64,000 nucleotides of DNA from a virus (IMGVR_UViG_3300031857_000149:792-64791); one strand, 5' to 3'. Shown: positions 48,901-60,183, numbered from the stretch's first letter. The notes: generated by a model not told the origin, from the sequence alone. A program made the numbers and translations.

Positions 48901-51900
48901 TTGGTGGTAAAATAGTAGTAACTATTCCTGTGTAATCCATCATTGGAGAAATTTCCAATGGTAATGGATCAATCCCCCTAAATGTAGATTGTGGGATGTA
49001 AATTAATTCTTCAAGATCACTGAAAAAATGATTTTGTATATTAAATATTCCTGTGGATGGATTTAAAATACTTGAATTTTGTGGATTAAAAGTTTTGGTG
49101 AAAATGGGAATTGTATTATAGCGCATTTCAAAATTATCTCTACCCAGTCTATTTCCAGATAGTGCATTATACTCTGAAATAGAATAATCTAGATTTGCTG
49201 TACCGTATGTTAAAGTTTCTGGAATATTTAAATAATCTATATCAGTATAGAATAATTCACTAAAACTTTCTATTTTTATTTCATTTGAGTCGTATTCAGC
49301 ATCTGGATAAAATTTAATAATTACATTATCCGAACCATCAATTTCACCACCAAACGTTCCAATTCCAGTTTGACTTCCTATTGATAAAAATGGATATTGA
49401 GTTGTATATACATTACTAGTATCTTGTAGTATTAACAACTGGTGCAATGCACTAGTTGATCCCACTCCAACCCTAATATATGATTTGGATACATTGATTT
49501 CAAAGCAATTGAAGGATAAAATAGTCGAAATTCCGCTTATTGCACTTAAATTTGACTCAAGTTTTGATGTTTTTTCTGATCCAGCATCTTGACCTTGAGA
49601 TAAAAATCTAAATGTCCCTATTCCCAAAGATGTTGATCCAAATCCAACAACTTGGGATCTAATTGTAACTGGGTTTGATATTTTATTGGTAAAATTAAGA
49701 AAAACTAATCCACTAGTAGAAATTCCAGAACTAAATGTTCCGATATAATTGCCAGAAGAAAACTCTGAAGTTTCCGTATCAAAGCATACTTCGGTAGTAT
49801 AAGTGTTAGTACCATCATAATTCAAATATGTCTCAAAATAGTTCATTTTCAAAGTTGAATTATCAATAACTTGAGTAACTACGTACATTGATGAATAATT
49901 TTGCGCTATTATTGCGGTTGATCCAGACCCAATAACAGAATTACTACCAATTAAATCTATGAATCCAATACCATAATCACCATATCCACCAAGCAAAGTA
50001 TTAAATCTATTTCTTAAAATTTTGATATCATAATCAATATTAAATGGATCTGTTGGGTTAAAGTATATGAGTACTAAACCATTAACTAACTCCGCACTAA
50101 TATATCCTAAGTCCACCTCAGTATTTGATAGATTTGTTTTTTCTAAAATATAAAGGTCATTTGCGTTATTCAATAAAACTACTTCAAAAACTTTAGTACC
50201 CTGTGTGGCAGCATCTTTAACTATAACTAATAAATTGGAATATCTCTGTGCCTCAATATACGTGAGTATTATTGAATTAGTTTGAGATACATTTTCTCTA
50301 TTTCTAAACGCTCCGCTTATATCATCAACTGAAAGAACCCTATTACTTCTACACTCAATGTAGTCTGTCAATCTTTTTGCATTAAATCTAATAAATTTTG
50401 ATCTATCTTCTGTTGCATATATGTCTTTGGTTAGATCAAAATCAAATATAGTATCAACTCTAACTTCATTAGTGACATCAATAGTATTAATAGACTCAAT
50501 AGATGTTGTTAATGGTTGATTTGTTTGTGCATTTTTTTCTATCTGAGTATCTGCAAAATTCTTAAGTCCGCTTGTGTGTAAAAGACTATTAACTGGATTA
50601 ATTAATTCATCATACTCTAGTGGACTCTTGATAGTGTAAGAAAGATTTTGATAATAATCATTATTTGGGATAACCTGCAGATCTTCATTGGTAAATCCTA
50701 TATTATTTCCCCACCCATAATTTTTATGTAGTGAGTAACCTATTTTAAAAATACCATAACTTTCTTGAATTTGATTAATAGTTGCTATAACCCCACTATT
50801 TTTACCCCTGATAGTGTCGCCAACTTTCAATCTATACGCCCCATAGACTTTAATATAGTCTTCTGAGGATTCTGAAATAAATAATTCCTTCAAAACATAA
50901 TCGGATCCCTCTAAAATTGCAAGTTTTTCTTGATTGAAAAACGTAGAATTTTTTCTTACAACTTTAAATTTTGGATAATTGTTATAATTAATTACTATTG
51001 GATATGCATCTTGGAATGTTTTGGCAATACCAGCATTCGTTGTTAGTCCCGATACAGAATATTCTAATTGAACAGGATTTGTGTTTACATACTTAGTAAT
51101 AGTAAAGAAATTGTAGTCATAATCCTCAGAATTGAATCCACTACCGTTTGTTATTTTTTCAATACCTTCAACAAAAATTTTATCTCCAACACCAAATGGT
51201 GCCAAATCAAATCCCAAAATCGGGGTGCTTAAATAGCAAGTAATTATACCGGCAGGTGATGAATAAACTTCATTTATTACGATGCCATTACTATTATTTG
51301 TTGCAAGTAAATTATGATCAATCGGTTCTAATCCTTTCGGATTTTCTACTATTTCTACAGATTTAATAGACCCACTACCCATTTTGGCTTCAAAAGTTGC
51401 ATTATTTACAACTTTTTTAGAAACTGGATTGAAAAGTATTAGTTTTGGTGCAGAAACGTAAGATTTGCCACCATCAATAACCTCTATCCTATCAATGGTA
51501 TCAGAATTAGTAATTCTTAAAATTGGTGAAATATAGGATTCTGGTCTTAGAGTATTATCGGAAGAATATTCAAATCCGGGAGACAATATCTTTACATTAG
51601 CAATTTTACCTATAGTATTGGATTTTGGTAAAATAAATGCATTGATGCCCGCTTCCGAATTAATCTTGACGAAAGATGGTAATTTTTTATAGTTTGCTCC
51701 AGCAAAATTAATTCTAATCTTATTTACACCACCAACATCACTAGTAGATTTCGTAGTATATTTTAATAAATCAGTATTATCTTTGGTATATGTAAGTACT
51801 TCTGGATAATTTTTTAATGTTACATTAAATGAGGTATTAGTAATCCCAAAAATGGTGTATTTTCCATTATATACACTACTTTTAAGAGATATTTGTGAGT

Positions 51901-54900
51901 AGTTTGCAACATCTTCATCAGGCAATATAACTTCTCCATCTTTTTGTAACGTATAAGATAAAGATTTTGGTAGATATTCTGAATATCTTAGTGTTAATGA
52001 GGCATCTGAACTAATTCCTACCGTACCAACATTTACAATATTAAATACTGTTCCTGAAGAATCAGAAACAAATTCTTCAGTAAATGACTTATCATTATAT
52101 AATTTTAATTTATAATTAATTAATGATGGATCAGATAATGAAAATACCAAATCATTATTTCTTATAACTTCAATTTTGGGATTAATAAACCCAAGTGTAT
52201 GGTTAGTTCCACCTACAGAATTAAAAGAAATAATTTGTGGTGGAGATTTATACAGATCGCTATAAGTTTCTGCTAATTGAATCTTATTATTATTTAATTT
52301 AAAAACATAGTAGTCACCAGTACTTAACCCAGATATTGTTGCCCCAGTAGATGAATAAAATACCTTATCACCAGTATTAAACTTATGGTTTGGTACATTA
52401 ATAAGATCTTCTGCTATATCTACAGAAGAAGGTAAAAATTGAGTAGGATTTACAATAATTCTGTCATAAGATGAATTATATTTTAAGTTTATAAATGTTG
52501 AAGTACCAATGCCAACACTTTGGTTTGATTTTACTTCCAAATCAATTACGTCACCAGATACCAAAGTATGTTCTTCATCTAAAGTAATTTTTGCTGTTAT
52601 TTTCTCAATATCACCTTTAACTTGTTGAAAATCTGATTCTATAGAATATTCATAATTATTTTCTGCGTTAGATATAAAAAATAAACCACTAGTATTTGTA
52701 GTTAGACCTACCGAAGTTGTAATTCCAATATAATCCTTTGATTTTTTAATAATATATACAAATTCCGAATTCCCACTTCTAGGTAAAATAAAACTTCCAC
52801 TATTCGGAGAATCTGCTACTAGTATTTGAGTTCCTTCAGAGGGTTTCCTTAAAATTACTTTTTGTGCGTTTTCAAATGGGTGATTTGGTAAGTATATACT
52901 TTGAGTTGGTACAGAAATATTTTTAATATATTGACCAATTCCAAATGTTCTAGTCCCAGCAATTCCTGGAGTAGTTCCAACTCCAATTGATTCTACTGGA
53001 TTGAAATATACAATATCATTAAATCTTGAATCAAATTTGTCTAGAGATTTTCTAATTTCAAACGTGGATGGTAATAATACTACAGGATCACCAATACTAT
53101 GAGCAGTTCCGGTTACACTTCCCCTATTTACTCGAATAACATTATTTTCTCTAAAAACATTAAGAACTGATACTACCTCAGTTACGGTGCCGATCCCAAC
53201 ACTATCCCCAACAGATATTGTAGTTGGTACACTAGAAACATATATGTCTATTGAATTATTATCCAATAATATTGGATTTATTGGAACATTGGAAAGAAGA
53301 GTTACAGAGGTTTCTTCCACAGATATGTTGTGTTCTCCACCAATCAGAGTACTTAGTGATTCTGAGTTTATTCCAGTAATTCTTACATTATCATTATCAA
53401 TTAATCCATGAATTTTATTTGTTTTTACGATAATTGTACTATCGTTTTTCCAAGTAAAAATTGTATCCGGAAAATACTCTACTGTTGTATCAATTTTATT
53501 AATTGATTTGCCTTCAATTTTTGAGACATAAGCACTTAAACCGCCACCATTGGTTCCAGTATTATCAAATTCCAGTAGATCATTAATTCTATATCCTTGT
53601 CCTGGTTGAATAATATCAAAAGAATCTACTGAACCTTTTGATGTATATTCAACCACCGAGATTTGATTGGAAATTTCATTGGGTTCAATAATAAAATCAC
53701 TCCCCGAATAAGCATCATTTACTTTATATGGTAGAGTATTTCTAATTAATGTGGAGTTATTAAAATCAAATGATTGGTCAATATTAGAATCGATATTTTC
53801 TACTAATGGAACGTAGTTATATTTGTTACCAATAAAGTATGGGAATTTGGGTTCATATAATTCTGATGATGATGTAGTGATTCCCGCAAAATATGCATAA
53901 GTTCCATTTGGGAATTCTGGAGTTTTACAAAATCTTCCATTATTTTCATCCAAATCCCCAGAATCAGTAAACTTGTAGTCCTCAACAAACATTCCATTTT
54001 CAAATCCACTGGGCCTATTTACTACCAAAGAAGAATCTAGTGTATATCCAGTTTCTAATATTTTAACGGCAGAACTATTATTTTCTGGATCAGAATATCC
54101 ATATGGACCATAAATTGGACATCCATCATATGACCACCCAATAATCGGAGAATGATATGGATTTGATGGATTGCTATTTCTTTGATCTCCAAATACAATC
54201 TTTCCAATATTTGTAGAATATCCAACATATCCATATTCTGTATATTCTTCCCTATTAATTAGAATTTCTTGTCCAAATTTTTTGTAATTATTAATTTTTA
54301 AATCTCTTACCGCACATTCTAAAAATACACCGTATCCTGCTGATTTAACCTTAATGCTTGTAGATGCGCTTGAATATCCACTGCCACCCTGAATGATAAT
54401 TACCTTAGTTAGACGGTTGTCAATAATTACTGCTTTTAATTTCGCCCCTACACCATCTCCCTCTACAATAATATCAGGAACACTATAATATTCAGTTCCT
54501 CTACTTTGTACAGATGCTCCAACTATAGAACCATTTGATATAATTGGAGTTACTAAAGCATTTTTACCATTTTTAATTTTAACTGATGGTTTTTTATGTA
54601 AATTTAAAATATTTGACCCATATCCACTACCACCATCATAAAGATATGTCCCAACTAAAGAACCTCTAACATACGGTGTCGCTGTTATCACGCCTACAGG
54701 ATTAGAAATTCTAACATTTAATTCAATTTTTGGGTATCTAAATGAATGATACCCAGTTCCAGTTGACTGAAACTTACTATAATTTTTTCGATTATAGTTT
54801 TCAACTGATGTAGCGCCAATTCCAGCATCACATAACCTAAATCTATCATTGTCAATTGATAGAATATAGTATTGATTTGATGTTGATAATCCAGAAATTG

Positions 54901-57841
54901 CTTGTCCCGAACAAGAATATTGAACAATTTCTCCACTTTTAAATCCATGATTTTTGAATTTAATATATGAAAATTCTTTACTAATATTCTCTGACTTGAC
55001 GGGAAGATTTTTATACTCAAAATCTGACCCAGAATTAATTATATTAATTTTTGTAAGTTTATTTTTTCCTGTGTACGTTACAAATTTATGAGTTCCTTTA
55101 GTATTGGACGTGGTAAATCCTACAGTGTTAATTCCAGAGATATAATCTTCATAATCTTCGTATATTTTAATAGTTTTATTGTTCAGTACTTTTGCATAAT
55201 ACAATCCATTTGATTGCAAAATACCCAAAGTATTTAAATTTGATCCTTGGTACTTACCAATACCAATGGATAGATTTGAATTGTTATTATATACAATAGT
55301 TTCACCATCTCTAAAATTATGATTAGTTTGGAAAGTAATTGTATCGTCAATAGTATCAATTCCTCCACCATAAAATACTTCTCTAGCATCAAAAAATACT
55401 TGCCTGAACTCCTTTACTATAACAGGTTCTAATAGTAGTCCCTTACCATTTCCTCCAGTAATGTCTACAGATAAAACTTCACCAATATCAAATTCTTGGG
55501 GTTCAACAATAATTTCTTCTAATTTTCCTTTTAAAATTGGTTCAGCATATGCAGTTGATCCAACAGATGGGTTAGAAATTGATAGTACTGGTGGGTTTAC
55601 AAGATCATATCCAAATCCACCATTAAAAACTTTAATTTCTTTAAGTGGTCCATAATATACTTTATCATCAGATTTGTAATTGACAATTTCTACACCATTA
55701 CATAAAATTCCTGTTGATCTATTTCCTAAAGTTTCAACTTCAGTAGTTGGAGTTAAATTACTAGTATTTGGAAATTTTTTGAGTAATTTTTGTGGACCAA
55801 GAAATTTATTCTTCTGAGAAAAAAGAGTAAAAGTATGTTTTCCGTTTATACCATCCGGATCTTCAAACTGCACACATTCACCCGTGGCAATGAATGCCTT
55901 AGATTGATATAATTTAATTTTATTTTTTTGTGCTAAAACTTCAACGTGATATACCCCAGTATCAACTCCAGAAATATTATCATATTCCGGAGAATAGTAT
56001 ATTGTATCCCCAGTTATAAATGGCACATTTTGCCCAAAAGATAAAACAGTATATTTGTTAGTTTCTGGATCTAATACTTGGATAGATGATGATGATACTG
56101 ATGCTGAATGAATACTTGTTGAAGCAAATGATACTGTTAATGGGTATGATGGTAAAGAATTTGATGCAACGTAAAAATATTCATTATTTTCATTATATAC
56201 GTTTAAAGTATCTGCTAATAATGAGTTATTTCCAAACTTTTTACCAAATAAATCTGGGTCAGTTAAACTATTAGCCTTTTTTAATTTTCTTCGGATATCG
56301 TAAGAAACGGTACTTGGAGTAAATCCAGGAGCACTAAGGGATACGTAAATTGCTGAAGATATTCCAGTAACAGTTGCATTTGAATACGCAACAACTTCAG
56401 TTCCTCGGTTTAAAATGTCAACCTTATCATCAATATTTAAACTAGATTTATCAGTACTACTATAAAGTTTAAATTGAGATCCATTGATAGTTTCAACTTT
56501 ATATCTAACAGAGGTATTATAGACCCAAGAATTTGCAAAAACTTGTTTAAAATTTTTATTTTCAGTAGGATTTTGAATTATTTCTCCAAGATTACTTACA
56601 TAAATTTTTTCACCTTCGGTTGCGAGAGAAGTATCTTCAATTGTAACATATTCGGAAAGAACCCCAGTAATTCTAAATACTACCTTTTTATCAATATCTC
56701 CATCTTCATACCCATAATACAAATCATTTGTCCTAATTTCCGATTTAGGACTAATTGCACTAGTAATTCCTACACACCCAAAAAATTGATTAATTGTTTT
56801 TTCAGTATAAGTAATTGTATTACCCAAACACATTAGAGTTCCAGTTTTTGGAAATCCAATAGTAGAATCTACTGTGATTATTGATGCACCAATTGAAACG
56901 TTTTCTACTACTCTATTAACTGGAGTTACTATAAAGTTACCCCTAATATCAGTTTCATCAGTATATCCAACAAATAAGGATAATTTAAAGTATTGTTTTT
57001 GCCCCTCTCGGATAATTTCTACTTCAGAAACAGATGCCTTAGTATTTGAATCTGATTCTTTAAATATAATTTGACCAACTAAATTATCAGGATTACCACT
57101 TATTACATCTATAACAATTATTTCCCTTCTTTCAAATTCAGCAGAAGATGGTTTTATGATAAATTTTTCTAGGTCAATGACTTTGGGATTAACATCGTAT
57201 AGTACATTAAAAAGAATTCTAAAAGATTCTTCGGTTCCCTTTGCCTGATAAAAGTTTTTTGCCTGCTTAATGAAATTATTTACGTTAAGTTCGGGAACAA
57301 AATTGAGATTTTCTAATCCAGGAGTCAATAAAAACTTAATTTTTTTATAAAACTCTTTTAAGAATAAGGTACTTAGGTTTTTAACACTAGAAGCGGATTG
57401 GTGGGTTGCACTTTGACTAGAAGTAAAAACAAGTTCTCCATACTTATCATACTCAGTCACACCACTAAATCCACGTATACAACCAGTAAATGAATTGGTT
57501 GTTATTCCCGTATATGTAATTATTTCATCATTAATTTTAAATAATCCATATTGTTGGGGATACCCTTTGGTTGAACCGACATTAATAGTTGTTGTAGTTG
57601 AATTAACTAATGAAGTTGTAGAAGTAAGTCCGGAGAGAACCTCTGGAGTTAAGTTATCAAGTTTTATGTATTGGTCAAGATTTTCTGCAATATCAGTAGG
57701 ACCACCTTGATACTCTTGTGAAATATAATATTGAGTTAAAAAATCTACAGATTTTGGACTTTCTGAAACAACAAATGATGGAAGTTGATTCTCTACAATT
57801 TCTTGTACTTTAATTCTAGTTTCAAACCCAGTTGCTATCAT
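45902..57841 (-). CDS. gp7: giant baseplate wedge initiator (gp7-like), 3979 aa
   Basis: Between gp6 and gp8; FY..KGT..SF..LF, YYQ..SY.IKS, H.SG motifs; many GxGY and H.F..GD.V.Y repeats. Confidence 0.8.
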   Translation of the reverse strand: MIATGFETRIKVQEIVENQLPSFVVSESPKSVDFLTQYYISQEYQGGPTDIAENLDQYIKLDNLTPEVLSGLTSTTSLVNSTTTTINVGSTKGYPQQYGLFKINDEIITYTGITTNSFTGCIRGFSGVTEYDKYGELVFTSSQSATHQSASSVKNLSTLFLKEFYKKIKFLLTPGLENLNFVPELNVNNFIKQAKNFYQAKGTEESFRILFNVLYDVNPKVIDLEKFIIKPSSAEFERREIIVIDVISGNPDNLVGQIIFKESDSNTKASVSEVEIIREGQKQYFKLSLFVGYTDETDIRGNFIVTPVNRVVENVSIGASIITVDSTIGFPKTGTLMCLGNTITYTEKTINQFFGCVGITSAISPKSEIRTNDLYYGYEDGDIDKKVVFRITGVLSEYVTIEDTSLATEGEKIYVSNLGEIIQNPTENKNFKQVFANSWVYNTSVRYKVETINGSQFKLYSSTDKSSLNIDDKVDILNRGTEVVAYSNATVTGISSAIYVSLSAPGFTPSTVSYDIRRKLKKANSLTDPDLFGKKFGNNSLLADTLNVYNENNEYFYVASNSLPSYPLTVSFASTSIHSASVSSSSIQVLDPETNKYTVLSFGQNVPFITGDTIYYSPEYDNISGVDTGVYHVEVLAQKNKIKLYQSKAFIATGECVQFEDPDGINGKHTFTLFSQKNKFLGPQKLLKKFPNTSNLTPTTEVETLGNRSTGILCNGVEIVNYKSDDKVYYGPLKEIKVFNGGFGYDLVNPPVLSISNPSVGSTAYAEPILKGKLEEIIVEPQEFDIGEVLSVDITGGNGKGLLLEPVIVKEFRQVFFDAREVFYGGGIDTIDDTITFQTNHNFRDGETIVYNNNSNLSIGIGKYQGSNLNTLGILQSNGLYYAKVLNNKTIKIYEDYEDYISGINTVGFTTSNTKGTHKFVTYTGKNKLTKINIINSGSDFEYKNLPVKSENISKEFSYIKFKNHGFKSGEIVQYSCSGQAISGLSTSNQYYILSIDNDRFRLCDAGIGATSVENYNRKNYSKFQSTGTGYHSFRYPKIELNVRISNPVGVITATPYVRGSLVGTYLYDGGSGYGSNILNLHKKPSVKIKNGKNALVTPIISNGSIVGASVQSRGTEYYSVPDIIVEGDGVGAKLKAVIIDNRLTKVIIIQGGSGYSSASTSIKVKSAGYGVFLECAVRDLKINNYKKFGQEILINREEYTEYGYVGYSTNIGKIVFGDQRNSNPSNPYHSPIIGWSYDGCPIYGPYGYSDPENNSSAVKILETGYTLDSSLVVNRPSGFENGMFVEDYKFTDSGDLDENNGRFCKTPEFPNGTYAYFAGITTSSSELYEPKFPYFIGNKYNYVPLVENIDSNIDQSFDFNNSTLIRNTLPYKVNDAYSGSDFIIEPNEISNQISVVEYTSKGSVDSFDIIQPGQGYRINDLLEFDNTGTNGGGLSAYVSKIEGKSINKIDTTVEYFPDTIFTWKNDSTIIVKTNKIHGLIDNDNVRITGINSESLSTLIGGEHNISVEETSVTLLSNVPINPILLDNNSIDIYVSSVPTTISVGDSVGIGTVTEVVSVLNVFRENNVIRVNRGSVTGTAHSIGDPVVLLPSTFEIRKSLDKFDSRFNDIVYFNPVESIGVGTTPGIAGTRTFGIGQYIKNISVPTQSIYLPNHPFENAQKVILRKPSEGTQILVADSPNSGSFILPRSGNSEFVYIIKKSKDYIGITTSVGLTTNTSGLFFISNAENNYEYSIESDFQQVKGDIEKITAKITLDEEHTLVSGDVIDLEVKSNQSVGIGTSTFINLKYNSSYDRIIVNPTQFLPSSVDIAEDLINVPNHKFNTGDKVFYSSTGATISGLSTGDYYVFKLNNNKIQLAETYSDLYKSPPQIISFNSVGGTNHTLGFINPKIEVIRNNDLVFSLSDPSLINYKLKLYNDKSFTEEFVSDSSGTVFNIVNVGTVGISSDASLTLRYSEYLPKSLSYTLQKDGEVILPDEDVANYSQISLKSSVYNGKYTIFGITNTSFNVTLKNYPEVLTYTKDNTDLLKYTTKSTSDVGGVNKIRINFAGANYKKLPSFVKINSEAGINAFILPKSNTIGKIANVKILSPGFEYSSDNTLRPESYISPILRITNSDTIDRIEVIDGGKSYVSAPKLILFNPVSKKVVNNATFEAKMGSGSIKSVEIVENPKGLEPIDHNLLATNNSNGIVINEVYSSPAGIITCYLSTPILGFDLAPFGVGDKIFVEGIEKITNGSGFNSEDYDYNFFTITKYVNTNPVQLEYSVSGLTTNAGIAKTFQDAYPIVINYNNYPKFKVVRKNSTFFNQEKLAILEGSDYVLKELFISESSEDYIKVYGAYRLKVGDTIRGKNSGVIATINQIQESYGIFKIGYSLHKNYGWGNNIGFTNEDLQVIPNNDYYQNLSYTIKSPLEYDELINPVNSLLHTSGLKNFADTQIEKNAQTNQPLTTSIESINTIDVTNEVRVDTIFDFDLTKDIYATEDRSKFIRFNAKRLTDYIECRSNRVLSVDDISGAFRNRENVSQTNSIILTYIEAQRYSNLLVIVKDAATQGTKVFEVVLLNNANDLYILEKTNLSNTEVDLGYISAELVNGLVLIYFNPTDPFNIDYDIKILRNRFNTLLGGYGDYGIGFIDLIGSNSVIGSGSTAIIAQNYSSMYVVTQVIDNSTLKMNYFETYLNYDGTNTYTTEVCFDTETSEFSSGNYIGTFSSGISTSGLVFLNFTNKISNPVTIRSQVVGFGSTSLGIGTFRFLSQGQDAGSEKTSKLESNLSAISGISTILSFNCFEINVSKSYIRVGVGSTSALHQLLILQDTSNVYTTQYPFLSIGSQTGIGTFGGEIDGSDNVIIKFYPDAEYDSNEIKIESFSELFYTDIDYLNIPETLTYGTANLDYSISEYNALSGNRLGRDNFEMRYNTIPIFTKTFNPQNSSILNPSTGIFNIQNHFFSDLEELIYIPQSTFRGIDPLPLEISPMMDYTGIVTTILPPTVYVKRLNKDQFKLTTRKELNTTVVFTGLGSGNAHRLEMAKKAEKTIITLNGVIQSPLSNTNIKHELSNNGGGIDDESPFITLSGIGSIAPKDVLQINQEYVTVINVGLGTTNIGPITNIGDFPIVEVKRGTFGSISTNHADSTEVEVLTGGYDIVGNRIYFVDEPKGSGIGVTIDIDTNLLKPVSSFGGRVYLRSDYTNNKVYDDISKQFTGIGQSFTLTANGINTSGIEPGSGILVINGIFQTPTTDNNVGNNYIFEESAGISSVTFTGISSDNGFIITTEKDINQNQLPRGGLIVSLGSTPGLGYAPLVGASVTAVIGAGGSVVSVGLGITDNLGSAYRGVVSIGVTDPNHTGTAASITAIAGIGGTLSFTIHNGGSGYTNTIRILTPEPNYENLPVIGAYRAGIGSTTDTGIGLLLTLDVEPANNGASSLHEVSAFKISRSGYSFQIGDVIRVVGLVTDKSLNSPISNFELTVLSTFTDTCAAWQFGELDFIDPIKDLQNGIRVRFPLVYNGELLSFEKNLNDEDSQLIDLNSVLLIFVNGVIQEPIKNYKFEGGTSVIFVDPPKKEDNVSIFFYRGSRDIDSVLINVLETIKEGDTVQVYKNNYIPETITQDQRKVSTIFSSDIIETGLYIDQGIDEVNSKPLAWSKQKSDLNIGGVNIYKSRDTIEPLVFPSAKVIKSVGKDDIQLFVDNIKFFNYEEDESDIVISKFDALIVQNTNPVAAAITAIVSTSGTIQQLIINDGGNGYTGVSTEIYISSPTNIMISNQYGNLGIGSTAIAIASISNGKISYPITIVNSGIGYTNTNPPTVISPIPKTNIEKIRNIPRFQGTTGIITGITTTTGTNGNPLALKFFTRAFSYQGLNVTYPICVYDTYVGNGVVSINTATSDVIGYGSTFLDNIYYLNSLSVNGEYGEFIVNIHPSTLTTGLSTSGSVDNPCGRFSWGRIFDFDRSVLGNRFEVNLKGYSVDVGLSTFPDIQRRGFGLRSTGALRKDLG

Positions 57842-57842
57842 A

Positions 57843-59777
57843 TTATACCCTCTTTAGTTCTCCGTTTGAATAGCTTGAAGTAACCTTAAACCCAACTCCG
57901 GAAATTTTTTCTCCAGAAGTAATAGTATCCTTAACCATATTTATCTTACTCTTGGAAACATCAAAATATAGATAAAGATCCTTTAGTCCTATAACATCAT
58001 TAGATTCTGGAATAGCTTGTATCTCAATAATATTATTACCAAAAGCAGATTCAGTTATATTAATTGTTGATAAAAATATTTCTCCAGTAGTATAATCTAC
58101 AGTTCCTGCAGAATTGACAATCACTCTAGATTCATTAGTCTCTTTAATCTCCTTTACTACAGACAAAATTCCCTTACCACTACCATCAAGAGCTCCATCT
58201 GAATTTTTATTTGGAATATCTGTCAAATAAACAAATTCAGATTCCCCAGGAATTTTGAATCCACTACTTTTAATATTATATCCAATTTCATTAATGTGGA
58301 ATTGATTTCCAAAACATAGTTCATATTGAGTAAATTGATTTAATAATGCATTAAGATCTCTTCGCATAATCACTTTAGTAATGTTTGATGTTATTGCACC
58401 ATCAACATTATCGATAACTTGATTTAATTTACTATACTTAAATCTTCCACCAAATTTATTAATATCCAATGATGTGCCGTACTCATTCAAAGTTGATATA
58501 ACTTTGGTTCTTAAATCATTTATATTTTCTACTTGAGACGAGTTGTAGTAAATAGATGAATTAATTTCAACATAAAGAATCTTAGGATCAATAATTTTTT
58601 GATTGATTCCACTCAGAGAGTATTGTTTTAGTTTTTGTAGAATAGTATTTTTATCAAACTCTGATATAAAAGTTGCATTTTTTGGTTTGATTACAATCAT
58701 AACATTACCAAACTGGGGTGGATCTAATTCTTCTCCCCCAATAACCGCAACGGATTCAGTATTTGGATAAATTTGTTGTATTATTGATTCGTAATCCCTC
58801 GATGTAACCGCTCTGTATTGTGAAGAATACAATCTTGGAGCAAAATATTTAATTGAATCAATAGCTTCTATATCAGCACCATATCTTGCGGACGATGTTG
58901 TTGTAAGTGATACTGATTCTGGGATTATACTAGCTCCATTTGGATTTTTTACATTACCACTATATTCAAATGATGATGGACCATTACCTTCTTTACCATC
59001 AGTAATGATATATGTTGCGGTAATAACAGATCCGTTCTGTAACTTTTTACCAAAGATTCCATCGCCAAATAAAAGTTCATATTTTTCATCTTGAACTTCT
59101 TGGAGTAGATATACCTCAGAATCTTTAGTAATGTTTAATATATTATCGATTTTTAAATATTCTCTTCCGACTCCAGTATCAAATTGCTCTTTGATCTTTA
59201 CAACTAACGTTGCAGTATCAATAAATGAGTTATCTAAAATGAATCTTTGATCCAGTGATCCATCTACTACAAATTGTTTTGTTAAAAATGTTCCTTGATA
59301 GACTTCAATTTCATCAAATTGTGCAGTCCATCTACCATTAACCGACTCTACGGTTGTTGTAATTGATTCTGGGATAGAAAATATGTATGATGAACGTCTT
59401 TCTGATCCAACACAAATTAACCCAGGATCTAGTGTTACGGTTGGATATGGAAGTGGTGTTAAAACAGAATTTCCAAAATCAAGAGACAAACTTATTACTG
59501 CTTTTGCGGATGATCTAGACCTAGGAACATATCCGATGTTTCTAGCAAGAGATACGACATTTTCCCTAATTGTTGCGGAATCCAAAAAGGATTCATTCAC
59601 AATCATATTAGAATTAAATGCCGTAATATAAGTATTATACGCTAAAGTATCGATAAGTATAGAAAAATTAGACCCTTCAAAATCAAAATCTGTGAAATTT
59701 GAATTAGATCTTAGGTAGTCCTTAATTGATGTTTTAATCTGGTCAAAATCCAGATTTGTAAACTTAGTAAAAGGCAT
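57843..59777 (-). CDS. gp6: baseplate wedge subunit (T4 gp6-like)
   Basis: LDFD.IK, DFDFEGS, LAYNT, ESFLDSA..R..VVS.A, Q.RAVT..DY. Confidence 0.96.
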   Translation of the reverse strand: MPFTKFTNLDFDQIKTSIKDYLRSNSNFTDFDFEGSNFSILIDTLAYNTYITAFNSNMIVNESFLDSATIRENVVSLARNIGYVPRSRSSAKAVISLSLDFGNSVLTPLPYPTVTLDPGLICVGSERRSSYIFSIPESITTTVESVNGRWTAQFDEIEVYQGTFLTKQFVVDGSLDQRFILDNSFIDTATLVVKIKEQFDTGVGREYLKIDNILNITKDSEVYLLQEVQDEKYELLFGDGIFGKKLQNGSVITATYIITDGKEGNGPSSFEYSGNVKNPNGASIIPESVSLTTTSSARYGADIEAIDSIKYFAPRLYSSQYRAVTSRDYESIIQQIYPNTESVAVIGGEELDPPQFGNVMIVIKPKNATFISEFDKNTILQKLKQYSLSGINQKIIDPKILYVEINSSIYYNSSQVENINDLRTKVISTLNEYGTSLDINKFGGRFKYSKLNQVIDNVDGAITSNITKVIMRRDLNALLNQFTQYELCFGNQFHINEIGYNIKSSGFKIPGESEFVYLTDIPNKNSDGALDGSGKGILSVVKEIKETNESRVIVNSAGTVDYTTGEIFLSTINITESAFGNNIIEIQAIPESNDVIGLKDLYLYFDVSKSKINMVKDTITSGEKISGVGFKVTSSYSNGELKRV

Positions 59778-59781
59778 ATGA

Positions 59782-60183
59782 TTATCTTGTTGCCTCTAAT
59801 AGGAAGGAAAATTCTTGAGTTGGAACATCTTGCCCCACAATATTAAATGATACAGTTACATCAAATTCATTAGAGTTGGGTTTAGGAATAACAAATATTT
59901 GCAAATTTTCAACTCTTTCTTCATATTTTGCAAGAGTCGATTCGATTTCAAATTGAATTGCCGATGCCGTGGCAACATCGACAAATTCAAAAAGAGAATT
60001 ATATACATTGGTTCCCAAATCAGAATTAAAAAACCTTTCGGTTTTACTAGTTTCAACCAAATTACGAACTGCGCGACGAATCGCGTTCTCATTTTTTAAA
60101 ATTGGAAGATCCTTTGTAACTGGATGGGGTTCAAAGGATAAACTAATATCTTTAAATGATCTGGATATCCTTTGAACTGCCAT
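59782..60183 (-). CDS. gp25: baseplate wedge subunit (T4 gp25-like)
   Basis: F.DI.L.F..HP, AI...V.NL..T...ER.F, LFE, YE.RV. Confidence 0.93.
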   Translation of the reverse strand: MAVQRISRSFKDISLSFEPHPVTKDLPILKNENAIRRAVRNLVETSKTERFFNSDLGTNVYNSLFEFVDVATASAIQFEIESTLAKYEERVENLQIFVIPKPNSNEFDVTVSFNIVGQDVPTQEFSFLLEATR

